DNA from: Bacteriovoracaceae bacterium UBA4573
GTDB taxonomy: Bacteria; Bdellovibrionota; UBA1018; UBA923
Assembly (NCBI GenBank): GCA_002387735.1
Contig: DGKJ01000051.1
Span: forward strand, 43,363-95,694
Direction: 5' to 3'
DNA: 52,332 nt
Under the pieces are notes generated by a model that saw only the letters and a program-made list of their open reading frames with translations, did no database searches and had not been told where the DNA came from. Within the stretch, counting starts at the first letter, position 1. Every line of letters starts with the position of its first letter. The position numbers and the translations under genes were made by a program. Positions 7,993 to 20,788 of the stretch are shown in pieces.

Positions 7993-10692
7993 CTATTCTA
8001 TATCTTCTTTAAAAAAGTCTTCATTGCCGGAGGTCCGAGGCGGCGAAGGAATTTGATCACCAGCACGATCTGAGTTTGTACCTACATTGTTTGAATTAAT
8101 GGTATTGCGAACAAGTCCAGGTTGCGTGCCTTCTATAAACACTTCTCGAATTGAACCGGGCGCGTTCGCGACGGTTGGCTTTCCAGTTTTGGTGTTAATA
8201 AAGGAAAACGTCACACCATTTGGTACCGCGAACTCTTCGATCGGTTGATCTAACGTTGCCTCTCGCATGTAGTCCATCCAGATCGGAAGTGCTGTGTTGG
8301 CTCCGGCAGAACGTCCACCGAGACTCTTCTGGGTGTCAAATCCAACCCAAACTCCCGTAACGATCTGAGGGGTAAAACCCATAAACCACGCATCGAGATA
8401 GTCGTTAGTGGTCCCCGTTTTTCCAGCGGCTGGTCTGCCTAGATTCTTTACGGCGTGACCCGTTCCGAAGGTTGTGACCTCGTTCATTAAGTGGGTCATG
8501 ACAAAAGCTGTACGAGGGTCCATCACAAGATCAGGGTCGGATTCATCTGGCGTCCAGGCGGGCACTTCGGCATCTGCTCCTCCCGCGGCCCTTCGCGTTT
8601 CCAATTCTCCGGCGACTAATACCGGCGGAATAGTAGTCGATAAATTTTTGGACTGCGGAAAAATAAATGGCGGCGACCGATTTTCCTCCAATAAATTACC
8701 GTCGCGATCACGCACTTCAGTAATAAATATTGGTCTTAGTTTTCGACCGCCTCTTGGAAAAACAGCGTAAACCGAAGCAAGATCCAACAGCGAGGCAGTC
8801 GACGACCCTAATGCTATTGATAAATCTCTATTGAACTTGTCGGGCAGACCTAAGCGAATCGAGTACTCTACTAAATATGGGACCTCGATATCCTGAACGA
8901 TTTTAATCGTAGGAATATTTCGTGAATGAATAAGCGCTGATCGAAAAAGAGTATCACCGTAAAATTTTTCTTCGTAATTATCTGGTTTCCATTTTTCATT
9001 TTCGCCGGCATCAAAAACGATCGGGGAATCCTGAATGATCGTAGCTGGTGTATATCCTTTGTCGATGGCCGCCGAATAAATGATTGGTTTATAGGCTGAT
9101 CCCGTTTGCCGCTCCGCCTGAATGGCGCGATTGAATTCGCTTTCTTTAAAATCGTAACCGCCAACCATGCTAATCACATCGCCAGATCTTACATCCAGCG
9201 AAATCAGTGCGCCCTGTACAAGGGGTACCTGCTCTAATGCTAAAGACAAGTATTCGGGCCGATCTTTCATTTCTTTAGCCAACAGCGAAACCCAAATAAC
9301 GTCCCCCCGAGATAAGGCCTGCGACGGAAAATTTATTGCCTCTACTGCGCTCGCGCCACTTCGATTCGGATTAGCCCACCGCATATCCTCAATTAAAATG
9401 ATTCCCTTGGTCACACCTAGATCAACGAGAACTTCTTTCTTTTTGTCGTCGACTTGTACAACCAACCCTTGATAAAGCTCGTCTTCCTGAAAAGCGTCGG
9501 CTGGTTTACTAAGCTGCGCAGAATAATACTTTATATCGGTGCTTAGTACACCCTCATCCACCAACACAGCATACGGAAACTTTTTTTCGAGATTAAAATG
9601 TTGAATCTCCGCAATAGCGCTGGCCTCTTCGGAGCGAATTTTGATTTTTTTAATTGGACCGCGGTAACCAAGCCTGCGATCCACTGTTCTCACCCCTCGT
9701 CTCACCGCTTTGGTTCCGACTTCAGCAAGTCTAGCATCTATGGGCGAGAGTACCTCGAGCCCTTCTTCGTAAAGCTTTTCCTTTCCGTATTTTTCGAGCA
9801 AATACTTTCTCACGTGCTCGACATAATACGGTGAATATTTCAGATTGTAGTCCTGAGTGTAGTATAGATTGACCGGTTGAACGCTCGCCTCTTCCATTTG
9901 CCGCACAGATATCGCCCCCGACTCCATCATGCGGCGCAGAACATACAGCTGTCGCTGTTTTGCTGATTTTGGATTTTGTAAAGGTGAGTATTTACTTGGT
10001 GCCTGCGGAAGCCCTCCTAACAGTGCACTTTCAGCCAAAGTTAAGTCTTTTGCATTTTTATTGAAATAAATTCGCGCGGCCGCCTCTATGCCATAGGCTC
10101 CCTGGCCTAGATAAATTTGATTTAAGTAAAGATACAATATTTGTTTTTTATTAAAATTTCGCTCCATTCTGTTTGCAAGAATAAGCTCCTTAAACTTGCG
10201 AACAAAACTTCGCTCAGGGGTAAGTAATAAACTTTTAGCTACTTGTTGCGTTATCGTACTTCCACCTTGTACGACACGTCCGGCCTTAAAATTTGCGATC
10301 GCCGCCCGTAAAATTCCATGGAAGTCGATTCCCTGGTGCTCAAAAAAGCGATCGTCTTCAGCAGCGACGAAGGCCTTTACGGCTAACTCTGGAATTTGAT
10401 CTGGAGGTAAAACGTATCGTCGCTCTTCAAAGTGTTCACCAATAACCGTGCCATCTTTTGCTCGAATGGTAGTTACGATTCTCGGTTTGTAATCTTCAAG
10501 TGTGAATAACGCGGGCAGATCGCTAGAAAAATAGAGAAACACTGCTCCACCGACCACACAAATCGCCAATGTTGAAAGCACTAAGCCAATAAATCCGAAT
10601 CTGAGAATCGACAGCAATATTTTTGGTGTCTTGCCGTTATCGATTTTTTCGGATCCGTTATTGCTTTCTTCTACTTCTTGGTCGCCAGCCAC
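7993..10692 (-). CDS. mrcA: Class A penicillin-binding protein 1A
   Basis: TM anchor; glycosyltransferase motifs EDDRFFEHQG and GGSTITQQVAK; transpeptidase motifs SAYK, SRN, KTG. Confidence 0.93.
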   Translation of the reverse strand: MAGDQEVEESNNGSEKIDNGKTPKILLSILRFGFIGLVLSTLAICVVGGAVFLYFSSDLPALFTLEDYKPRIVTTIRAKDGTVIGEHFEERRYVLPPDQIPELAVKAFVAAEDDRFFEHQGIDFHGILRAAIANFKAGRVVQGGSTITQQVAKSLLLTPERSFVRKFKELILANRMERNFNKKQILYLYLNQIYLGQGAYGIEAAARIYFNKNAKDLTLAESALLGGLPQAPSKYSPLQNPKSAKQRQLYVLRRMMESGAISVRQMEEASVQPVNLYYTQDYNLKYSPYYVEHVRKYLLEKYGKEKLYEEGLEVLSPIDARLAEVGTKAVRRGVRTVDRRLGYRGPIKKIKIRSEEASAIAEIQHFNLEKKFPYAVLVDEGVLSTDIKYYSAQLSKPADAFQEDELYQGLVVQVDDKKKEVLVDLGVTKGIILIEDMRWANPNRSGASAVEAINFPSQALSRGDVIWVSLLAKEMKDRPEYLSLALEQVPLVQGALISLDVRSGDVISMVGGYDFKESEFNRAIQAERQTGSAYKPIIYSAAIDKGYTPATIIQDSPIVFDAGENEKWKPDNYEEKFYGDTLFRSALIHSRNIPTIKIVQDIEVPYLVEYSIRLGLPDKFNRDLSIALGSSTASLLDLASVYAVFPRGGRKLRPIFITEVRDRDGNLLEENRSPPFIFPQSKNLSTTIPPVLVAGELETRRAAGGADAEVPAWTPDESDPDLVMDPRTAFVMTHLMNEVTTFGTGHAVKNLGRPAAGKTGTTNDYLDAWFMGFTPQIVTGVWVGFDTQKSLGGRSAGANTALPIWMDYMREATLDQPIEEFAVPNGVTFSFINTKTGKPTVANAPGSIREVFIEGTQPGLVRNTINSNNVGTNSDRAGDQIPSPPRTSGNEDFFKEDIE

Positions 10693-11615
10693 TTTTGAAC
10701 GCCTGCCTTTCCTCGAAATATGAGTTCTGCCTTCTGTTCAAAATCGAAATATCCAATTCCGTCAGTGGGGATGCGAACAACTTCATCGCAAGCTTTAAGC
10801 TGTTCTTTCGATAACGCAGCCACTGTTCTCATCTGAGCTGCAATTTGGTGTTCATAATTTTCCTTCGGCGTAAAGTTATTACCTCGTCCCACCACGTCAA
10901 TGCAGAGGGTTTTGCCATACCCTAGATCTCGGGCATAATCGCTTGGAAATGGAATCTCGAACGCAGCGTTGGATCTTGTTAATCCGCCGACCTTTATGGT
11001 CTCAATGATGTTAGGCAAACCTAATGCACCCCTAAGGATTTCGATCGGATTCCCTTGCCGTTCGAAAATCGGACCGTTTTCAGTCGAAGAAACTACAATT
11101 ATAGGAATCTTAGAAACCGCGAGGTCTTTTACTGATATTGAGTTTTCTATAAACTTTGTAATTTTATTCCCCGGGGCGGCGCTAGATTTTCCCTTTAACA
11201 AACTGAAATCTAAAAGAGTCCCTCGAGATAATTTATGCGCCTGCCACTCTAGATTATTGATCGAGCTGGTTGCCCAGATTGTCGACAATAGGGCGCCCAA
11301 ATCCATCGTGACGATTGTCGAAATTCTTACGTTTTTATTTTCGAGTTCCTTTAGAACGCCCACATAAGCGAAAGATCGCGCTAGTCCCGGACCAAGTACC
11401 AATACGTACGACTCCTCCGGCGGGGTGTAGTCTTCATCGGGTTGCGGTCCAACGGTGGGCGGCGCTGCTACATCGTAGCTATTTTCAACCGCATTTCCGG
11501 TATCTAAATCTTCGTCTCGCGTTTTTTTTGACGCACACCCACCCACCAACGTCGCATGGATCGCAAAGGTAAGGACCAGTAAAAACGCAGTAGTGTTGAT
11601 TCGGCGTCGCGACAT
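10671..11615 (-). CDS. Patatin-fold lipoprotein with degenerate catalytic motifs
   Basis: Lipobox LVGGC; VLVLGPGLARSFAYVGVLKELE patatin N-terminal block; TMDLG where GxSxG is expected. Confidence 0.7.
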   Translation of the reverse strand: MSRRRINTTAFLLVLTFAIHATLVGGCASKKTRDEDLDTGNAVENSYDVAAPPTVGPQPDEDYTPPEESYVLVLGPGLARSFAYVGVLKELENKNVRISTIVTMDLGALLSTIWATSSINNLEWQAHKLSRGTLLDFSLLKGKSSAAPGNKITKFIENSISVKDLAVSKIPIIVVSSTENGPIFERQGNPIEILRGALGLPNIIETIKVGGLTRSNAAFEIPFPSDYARDLGYGKTLCIDVVGRGNNFTPKENYEHQIAAQMRTVAALSKEQLKACDEVVRIPTDGIGYFDFEQKAELIFRGKAGVQKWLATKK

Positions 11616-11631
11616 TTTAATTAACGTGTTT

Positions 11632-12393
11632 TCAGTTCAATACTAAATGAATAAGGTACTCCGTGTTTCCGGTAGTTCCCTTTATTGGAGATTCTATCAA
11701 GCCCTTCTGTGTAAAACCAATGCTTTGTGCAAACGAACTAATCCCATCACGCGCGGCCTCTCTTATGGCTTGATCCTGTACAATTCCACCTTTTCCCACA
11801 TTTTCCTTACCTACTTCGTGCTGCGGTTTAATTAGGGCAACCAGTACGCCCCCTTTTTTTAAGAATTCCTTTGCGGCCGGCAGAATTAGCTTGAGAGATA
11901 TAAAGGACGTATCGATGCAAATAAAATCCATGTTTTTTGGAATAAGCGTGCCATGAGTTATGTGAGCCTCTCGAAAGTTTACTTTTTCAAAATTGACCAC
12001 TCTTTTGTCAGAACGAATTTTCCAATCTAGCTGATTGTGCCCTACGTCTACTGCATAAACCTTTGCAGCGCCGCGTTCGAGGCAGACTTGGGTAAACCCA
12101 CCGGTACTTGCGCCGATGTCGAGACATAGCGCGCCCTCGAGTTTTATTCCAAAGTGGTCTAACGCCCCCAGAAGTTTATGCGCGCCGCGAGACACGTAAT
12201 GATCAACCTCGCCCCGAACTCGTAGCTTTAAGGAAGATTCGATTTTTATTCCTGGTTTTGTGTAGAGGTGGTCTCCGACTAAAATTTTACCTGCCAGGAT
12301 AAGCGCTTGCGCCTTTTCACGACTATCTGCAAGGCCCTGCTCTACGACCAAAACATCGAGCCTAGTTGTTTTTTTTACTTCAGACTTCGCCAT
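11632..12393 (-). CDS. tlyA: TlyA-family rRNA 2'-O-methyltransferase
   Basis: S4 domain RLDVLVV; YVSRGAHKL, LDIGASTGGFT, DTSFISL, LIKPQHE, SPIKG..GNTEY. Confidence 0.93.
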   Translation of the reverse strand: MAKSEVKKTTRLDVLVVEQGLADSREKAQALILAGKILVGDHLYTKPGIKIESSLKLRVRGEVDHYVSRGAHKLLGALDHFGIKLEGALCLDIGASTGGFTQVCLERGAAKVYAVDVGHNQLDWKIRSDKRVVNFEKVNFREAHITHGTLIPKNMDFICIDTSFISLKLILPAAKEFLKKGGVLVALIKPQHEVGKENVGKGGIVQDQAIREAARDGISSFAQSIGFTQKGLIESPIKGTTGNTEYLIHLVLN

Positions 12394-12637
12394 CTTTTGC
12401 CATGCCGAACGGCTCAGAAATGGGGAATCCGGTCTCGGCGGATTTCGAAAGAATTTCGATTTTTCGTTCAGCCTCATTCAAAACTCGGTGAGCAGCTCCT
12501 GCGAGTTTTACGCCCTCTTCATAAAGCTTTAGTGACTCTTCTAAACTGCAGTCGTTTTGCTCAAGGCGATTTACGATTTCATTCAATCGGGTAAAAGAGC
12601 CCTCTAACCCGTCTTTCTTTTCCGATTTTTTTTGCAT
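12380..12637 (-). CDS. xseB: Exodeoxyribonuclease VII small subunit
   Basis: RLNEIVNRLE..SLEESLKLYEEGVKL...LNEAERKIEIL. Confidence 0.9.
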   Translation of the reverse strand: MQKKSEKKDGLEGSFTRLNEIVNRLEQNDCSLEESLKLYEEGVKLAGAAHRVLNEAERKIEILSKSAETGFPISEPFGMAKDGEV

Positions 12638-12691
12638 AGTAGGCAAAACCTACCCTCTTACTGCTGTCCCCGACAACCGATAAAAGTATGA

Positions 12692-14038
12692 ATGGCGTCT
12701 ATACTCTATCTTTTTCTAGTGGTTTCTCTCCTAATAAGCGGCGGTAAGTTGGCGTTCGCAAAATCGGAGGCGTTCGAATCTGGGGTACTTGAAACTGAGG
12801 CCGAGCATTTTAGCGATTCCACGCCCCATCCCAAGGAAAACGCGCATTTTTACGACCTCACCCCGGACGCGCGGGACGCGCTACTTGCAGACAAATCTAA
12901 TCGGATTTCAGACTTGTTTTCAGTACCTCGCGGAATCCGACATATGACCGGTTTTTGGTTAGAGATTTACGCTAAGTACTCTAGCCTACAAACGGTTCTC
13001 TATGATCGGGAGCATCCTAATTTCGTATATGATGTGGTGGATCTCCGAGATTTGTTTAAAAAGGGGTCATCGCCGGTTGTAATCGAGCTTACTGGAAAAA
13101 AACGAATTCAGAATAAGTTGAATGAAATTAGGTCCGCCATTGATCAAATTTCAAAAAATAGCTCCGTACGGTTTAAACCAGGAAGTGCCGGAGCCAAATT
13201 GGTGCGCTACTGGGGCCGTAAGCCGAAGATTGGCTGGGCAAAGGTTCGAGAAAATCTGAGAACTCAAACCGGTCAGAGAGATCGCGTTATTCAGGGCATC
13301 ACTCATGCAGAGCGTTTTATTCCTGCAATGGAGGCAATTTTCAAGGATTTCAATCTACCGGTAGAGCTCACTCGTCTGCCCCTCGTTGAGTCATCCTTTA
13401 ATTTGAAGGCGGTGTCAAAGGCCGATGCTGTCGGTGTTTGGCAGTTTTTAGAGCGCTCCGCGCTTGAATACATGAAGGTGGATGAAAAAAATAAAATTGA
13501 TGAACGCCTGTCGCCAATTAAATCTACCTACGGAGCTGCAAAAATGTTTGTGCGTAATTACCGACTCTTGGGTGACTATGCACTAGCCATCATCGCGTAC
13601 AATCACGGGCAGAGAAACCTTATTAAACTGCGTCACAAATATCGAACTGAGAATATTTCAGCGCTTCTACGTTCCGAGAATTCACCCCTTGGTTATGCTA
13701 GTCGCAATTACTATGCAGAGTTTCTGGCGATGTTGATTGCCGAAGAATATCGGGATGAACTTTTTGGACTACCTCTCACCAGAGAGGTCGAGCATGTTTC
13801 AATTGTAAAACTAAAAGCGCCATCCAGCATGTTCGATGTGGCTGCCCACTACCGGCTATCGCTACAAGAAATTAAAATATTTAACCCTGATATTTTTGAC
13901 CTAAAAAGAACTCTTCCGGTCGGCACCCGCGTAGTAATTCCCCGCAAGGTGGATCAGGCCTTTGTAGAAAAAGAAAAATCTCGCAGCCCTTCTTCTGAGG
14001 CTCCGCAGATAGCTGGCGAAGTGATCAATCTGTATTAA
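12692..14038 (+). CDS. Secreted lytic transglycosylase (SLT/MltD-like) with C-terminal LysM-like domain
   Basis: Signal peptide; LPLVESSF catalytic Glu, AVGVWQF, AYNHG; C-terminal VAAHYRLSLQEIKIFNP..LPVGTRVVIP. Confidence 0.88.
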   Translation: MASILYLFLVVSLLISGGKLAFAKSEAFESGVLETEAEHFSDSTPHPKENAHFYDLTPDARDALLADKSNRISDLFSVPRGIRHMTGFWLEIYAKYSSLQTVLYDREHPNFVYDVVDLRDLFKKGSSPVVIELTGKKRIQNKLNEIRSAIDQISKNSSVRFKPGSAGAKLVRYWGRKPKIGWAKVRENLRTQTGQRDRVIQGITHAERFIPAMEAIFKDFNLPVELTRLPLVESSFNLKAVSKADAVGVWQFLERSALEYMKVDEKNKIDERLSPIKSTYGAAKMFVRNYRLLGDYALAIIAYNHGQRNLIKLRHKYRTENISALLRSENSPLGYASRNYYAEFLAMLIAEEYRDELFGLPLTREVEHVSIVKLKAPSSMFDVAAHYRLSLQEIKIFNPDIFDLKRTLPVGTRVVIPRKVDQAFVEKEKSRSPSSEAPQIAGEVINLY

Positions 14039-14041
14039 TTA

Positions 14042-16426
14042 TTATTGAAGGTAGACGTTAACGGTGGATGGCGAAATCATAATCGGCCAATATGAAAGCG
14101 TGTATTCTCCATCTGGGGAAAGTGTCTGTAGGTAGGACAGACCAATGGGCGCATCAAAGATTGTAAATCTTCCAGAAGTAGTAGTTTTATCTAAATCCGG
14201 GCGCAGAACTCCGTCGCGCCCATAATAATAATCGCGACCACGAAGTGTTTGCTGTGGATTCATTTCGTCTGGGCCCCAAAGCTGAACCTTGGAGCTTGAT
14301 TTACTAGAAATATGGCCAACGACAACACCAGTGTGTTCGTTGAGTGAAACATCTGCGCTCAAAGCGTCGCCGTCGATAGAGGCCGCAGGTAAAACATAAA
14401 CGTTTTTGGGTCTATCAAACGCATCGCAATTAAAATCAATCCGATTATGATAATAGCCGTTTTTCGCTACTTGTAGGTAGTTTAGTTCAGAGCAATCAAC
14501 ATAGACGGACTCGATTGCAAAGCCACCCGTGCGCTTTGATTCAACTTCTGATTCCATCGGCTGCCCCAGCAAGCGAATCTTAGCTCCCGCCACGGGCTGA
14601 TTAGCAGCCGCATTAATGACGCGACCTCGGACGGTCTTTAGCTGACCTATTGAAAATTTTCGCATGATGCCTTCGTTGGAACTTACGTGAAATAGGCGTG
14701 ATGCGAATTCTCGGTTATCGAGTCCCCGCATAGTCATTAAATAGGTACCCGAGGGAACATTTAGAAACACAAACCGTCCGTTAGCTGAGGTTACGATGTA
14801 TTCCCTATTTGGAACGCCAGCATCGGAAAAGTAGTTTGCTTTCAATTCTGCCGGAGCATTATTGGAATAGGAAGACACGGAACTAAGAGCTACTTGAATG
14901 CCGGCTACCGGATTGCTCTCCGTATCTGTAACGATGCCAGCCACCACGCCTTGATCCGTGTTAAAAGGTTGACCGAGAATTTCCGAAATCATGCGGGCAC
15001 TGTTTTCAGAGACTAGTTCAATTTCGTTATAATTTTGTTTCAAATCTATTTTGCGACCGAGATAGCCTTCTTTAGTTAAAACGATTGGAAGAACCCCTTG
15101 GATGGTAACATCGCTAAAAACGATCGTACCGTCCGAAAAGCTTTCCCCAAAAACAGCGGTACCTAACACTTGGGCTTTAACGCTTGAGAGGGTCGTTCGC
15201 GCGGTATCGAAGGCATCAACTACTCTCAGTTGGAATTGTTGCCCTTGAATCGTAGCTGGCTCGACCTTACGCGCAGTTAACTGACTACTAGCGCTGGCCA
15301 ATTCAGTTAAATCTTCCTCTTTTGTTCGAGTGTCTTCCTCTTTAGATAAATCAGGTGCGGCAGTCGGGGCTGGTTTAGCGCTTGGCAAGGTTACCACGAC
15401 TCGACCCTCATGCAGTGGTTGGCTACTCAATTGACTATCCAAGATCGGAATCGGTTGAATAACTGGGACTGATGCTGGTTTTTCTACTTCGGTGGCAGCT
15501 TTTAATTCCCTCTGAGTATCCACATCAGTGTTGGTTTCAGTTGGTTTAGCCAAGGCCAGCAACGCATCTGGATAGGAATGTGGGTCGATCTGGGCTTGAA
15601 TTTCATTCAACTGAATCGGCTGTACCGGTATTGGGTCTGCATCAGATAATGTTTGACGACCGTCGTCACTAAACATTGCTACAAGTTGTGAATACTCAAG
15701 TTTACTTTCTGTTGTTAAATCCTGAATTTTTTCGGGGTCATTTTTCGCAATTAAAGGAACGGCACTCTGGATAGCCACTGTTTTCACAGTTGGCTTTCTT
15801 GTTTGGCTATTCAAAGCATTCGAGCCTTTTGGATTTTGAATACTCACTTTACCGAAAGGTATTTTTTTTCCTATTTTTACTTCTGGTCTTTTAATCTTGG
15901 CGATGGGGCGCAAAAGTTTTTCGGTGGGCGCTGTTGGTTCCTTGCTGGTTAAGACTTCCATTAAGCCAGACCGGTCAAAATCTTCTTCCGGTTCATATTC
16001 TTGAACAACAATTACTAGATCATTTAAATTGTTGTCCGAGATTTCATTTTTTTGAATTCCAGAAATTTCAACAGCTGCTTGGGTGTCTGGTGCGTTTTCA
16101 AAGACTTCTTTCGAGAATCGGTAGCTCGGCGCAGTCCGCTGCCATTTCGAAATATTCGCCGCATTTAATTCAACTAAAACCGGGGCCGCTTCAATTTTCG
16201 GAATATAACTATCCGCAAATCTAGAGTCGCCAATATCAGCAATTTTAACTGCCGTTTCGGAAAGTACTAAATTACGGCCAATTTTAACGGTTTTAGCATC
16301 AATTCGCAGGGCTTGTACCGCGGCTACAGTTACTGCCGCAGCACAGATCAATCCACACGCACTAAGTGCATAAGTTGCGCCTTTAAATACGTGATGTGAA
16401 ACACCCGCAGCTTTTTTTAGATACAT
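14042..16426 (-). CDS. Large exported protein with repeated carboxypeptidase-regulatory-like beta-sandwich domains
   Basis: 794-aa ORF; N-terminal hydrophobic segment, P/T/E/Q-rich linker, repeated motifs such as GIVTDTESNPVAGIQV, GRVINAAANQPVAGAKI, GRF.F..VP.G. Confidence 0.7.
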   Translation of the reverse strand: MYLKKAAGVSHHVFKGATYALSACGLICAAAVTVAAVQALRIDAKTVKIGRNLVLSETAVKIADIGDSRFADSYIPKIEAAPVLVELNAANISKWQRTAPSYRFSKEVFENAPDTQAAVEISGIQKNEISDNNLNDLVIVVQEYEPEEDFDRSGLMEVLTSKEPTAPTEKLLRPIAKIKRPEVKIGKKIPFGKVSIQNPKGSNALNSQTRKPTVKTVAIQSAVPLIAKNDPEKIQDLTTESKLEYSQLVAMFSDDGRQTLSDADPIPVQPIQLNEIQAQIDPHSYPDALLALAKPTETNTDVDTQRELKAATEVEKPASVPVIQPIPILDSQLSSQPLHEGRVVVTLPSAKPAPTAAPDLSKEEDTRTKEEDLTELASASSQLTARKVEPATIQGQQFQLRVVDAFDTARTTLSSVKAQVLGTAVFGESFSDGTIVFSDVTIQGVLPIVLTKEGYLGRKIDLKQNYNEIELVSENSARMISEILGQPFNTDQGVVAGIVTDTESNPVAGIQVALSSVSSYSNNAPAELKANYFSDAGVPNREYIVTSANGRFVFLNVPSGTYLMTMRGLDNREFASRLFHVSSNEGIMRKFSIGQLKTVRGRVINAAANQPVAGAKIRLLGQPMESEVESKRTGGFAIESVYVDCSELNYLQVAKNGYYHNRIDFNCDAFDRPKNVYVLPAASIDGDALSADVSLNEHTGVVVGHISSKSSSKVQLWGPDEMNPQQTLRGRDYYYGRDGVLRPDLDKTTTSGRFTIFDAPIGLSYLQTLSPDGEYTLSYWPIMISPSTVNVYLQ

Positions 16427-16513
16427 CTTTTCATCTATTGTAGATTCTCTGGTGCCAAATAAAATAGACTACAAATTTTCCGCGGGGTACTTTGGTCTCG
16501 GCAAAACCCGCAC

Positions 16514-16936
16514 TCAGTGCGGCGGAAGCAGGTAATTTGCCGCCTGCAACCGTATCTGAGAACGTTGCGTTTTCCGTTGCCACTTAACCATGTCTAGTTC
16601 AAAGTTTTCCTTTGCTTTGAGCTTTTCCTGGGCTTTTTCAAGGGCCCGCCTTGCTCTATCGACGTCAATTTCCTGAGCTAATTCGAGCGTTTCAGCGAGC
16701 ATCACAATTTTGTCACCGTGGACTTCAACAAACCCGAAAGACACAGCGGCGAATTGTTTTTCACCATTTTCACGCTCAAACGACACAACCCCCGTTTCGA
16801 GAGTCGTGAGGAGACGGGCGTGCCCCGGCAAAATAGTCACTTCGCCTTTTCCCGCAGGAGCCGTGAGGCTTTTTACGGAAACGGGGCCAACTACTCTACG
16901 TTCTGGAGTCACTATCGTTAAAGAAAGCATCGCCAC
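16514..16936 (-). CDS. atpC: ATP synthase epsilon subunit
   Basis: LTIVTPER, GEVTILPGHA, IDVDRARRA; start may be the ATG at 16930. Confidence 0.95.
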   Translation of the reverse strand: MAMLSLTIVTPERRVVGPVSVKSLTAPAGKGEVTILPGHARLLTTLETGVVSFERENGEKQFAAVSFGFVEVHGDKIVMLAETLELAQEIDVDRARRALEKAQEKLKAKENFELDMVKWQRKTQRSQIRLQAANYLLPPH

Positions 16937-16952
16937 ATCTCTCCGCGTTGGT

Positions 16953-19267
<2,315 letters not shown>

Positions 19268-19270
19268 TTT

Positions 19271-20788
19271 TTACTCACCCGTTCCAAAAACAGTCTCAAA
19301 TTCCTTAAGCGCTTTGATGAGCTTTGTTTTGGTAGCATCATCAAGTTTGCCGGTGGTCACGATATCCTTACAAACATCTGGATGTTTCGCGTCCAGGAAT
19401 CGGTAAAGTTCCTCTTCGTAACGTCCCAATTTATTGAGCGGCAGATGGTCGAGATAGCCGTTAGTTCCTGCGAAAATCATAATAATTTGTCGCTCAACTG
19501 CCATTGGTGCGTATACGCCTTGCTTGAGCACTTCAACAAGCCGCGCGCCTCTGTTCAGCTGCTTTTGGGTAGCTGCATCGAGGTCACTGCCGAATTGAGC
19601 AAATGCAGCTTTTTCTCGATATTGAGCAAGGTCAAGACGTAATGTACCGGCAACTTGTTTCATGGCTTTAATTTGGGCTGCTCCACCAACGCGAGATACT
19701 GAAAGTCCCACATTCACTGCGGGGCGTATTCCGCTATAGAACAAATCTGACTCCAAATAAATTTGTCCGTCAGTAATCGAAATTACGTTGGTTGGGATAT
19801 AGGCCGAAACGTCGCCAGCTTGAGTTTCAATGATCGGAAGCGCAGTCAAAGAACCGCCGCCCAATTTGTCGCTCAGTTTCGCAGCACGCTCTAGCAAACG
19901 AGAGTGCAAATAAAACACGTCGCCCGGATACGCTTCGCGTCCGGGAGGACGTCGTAGTAACAGCGATAATTGACGATAAGCTTGCGCTTGCTTGGTCAAA
20001 TCATCATAGACGATCAAGGCGTGGCGGCCTGAATCTCGAAAATATTCCGCCATAGTTACGCCAGCGTAAGCAGCAACGAATTGCAACGGAGCCTGATCAG
20101 ATGCCGTCGCACAAATAATAGTGGTGTACTCTAGAGCGCCATGTTGTCGAAGTTTGTCGACCACTTGAGCCACGGTGGACTGCTTTTGACCGATCGCTAC
20201 ATAAAAGCAATAAACGCCCTTACCTTTTTGATTAATAATAGTGTCGATTGCAATTGCGGTCTTACCGGTTTGCCGATCGCCAATGATCAGCTCGCGTTGG
20301 CCGCGACCAATGGGAATCATTGCATCGATAGCTTTAATGCCTGTTTGAAGTGGTTCATGTACCGATTGGCGTCCAACGATACCTGGCGCTTTAATTTCAA
20401 TTTTTCGGAAATTTTTTGCGCGCAACTCGCCTTTTCCGTCGATCGGCAAACCTAGCGCATTCACCACGCGACCCAAAAGCTCTTCACCGACTGGAACTTG
20501 CACGATCTTGTTTGTGCGCTTAACGGAACTGCCTTCTTTAACGATTGTATCGTCACCCAGAATAGCTACGCCAACTGTTTCTTCTTCGAGATTGAGAACC
20601 ATTCCGGACACATTGTTTCCGAAATCGACAAGCTCGCCCGCCATTGCGTTTTCTAGACCGTAAATTTTGGCTACGCCGTCCCCAACCGAAATTACTGTTC
20701 CGGTCTCGGCAACTTCGACTTTCTTTTCGTAGTCTGCCAATTGCTTGCGAATAAGTTGCGTTATTTCTTCCGCGCGAATTTTAATCAT
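19271..20788 (-). CDS. atpA: ATP synthase alpha subunit
   Basis: [31 protein letters not shown]. Confidence 0.99.
   Translation of the reverse strand: MIKIRAEEITQLIRKQLADYEKKVEVAETGTVISVGDGVAKIYGLENAMAGELVDFGNNVSGMVLNLEEETVGVAILGDDTIVKEGSSVKRTNKIVQVPVGEELLGRVVNALGLPIDGKGELRAKNFRKIEIKAPGIVGRQSVHEPLQTGIKAIDAMIPIGRGQRELIIGDRQTGKTAIAIDTIINQKGKGVYCFYVAIGQKQSTVAQVVDKLRQHGALEYTTIICATASDQAPLQFVAAYAGVTMAEYFRDSGRHALIVYDDLTKQAQAYRQLSLLLRRPPGREAYPGDVFYLHSRLLERAAKLSDKLGGGSLTALPIIETQAGDVSAYIPTNVISITDGQIYLESDLFYSGIRPAVNVGLSVSRVGGAAQIKAMKQVAGTLRLDLAQYREKAAFAQFGSDLDAATQKQLNRGARLVEVLKQGVYAPMAVERQIIMIFAGTNGYLDHLPLNKLGRYEEELYRFLDAKHPDVCKDIVTTGKLDDATKTKLIKALKEFETVFGTGE

Noticed and set aside
11632-12393. tlyA as a haemolysin/toxin locus
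   Set aside because: S4 and methyltransferase motifs plus a housekeeping context favour an rRNA methyltransferase.
16481-16512. Terminator after atpC
   Set aside because: Only an imperfect GCGGG/CCCGC stem with no U-tract on the minus strand.
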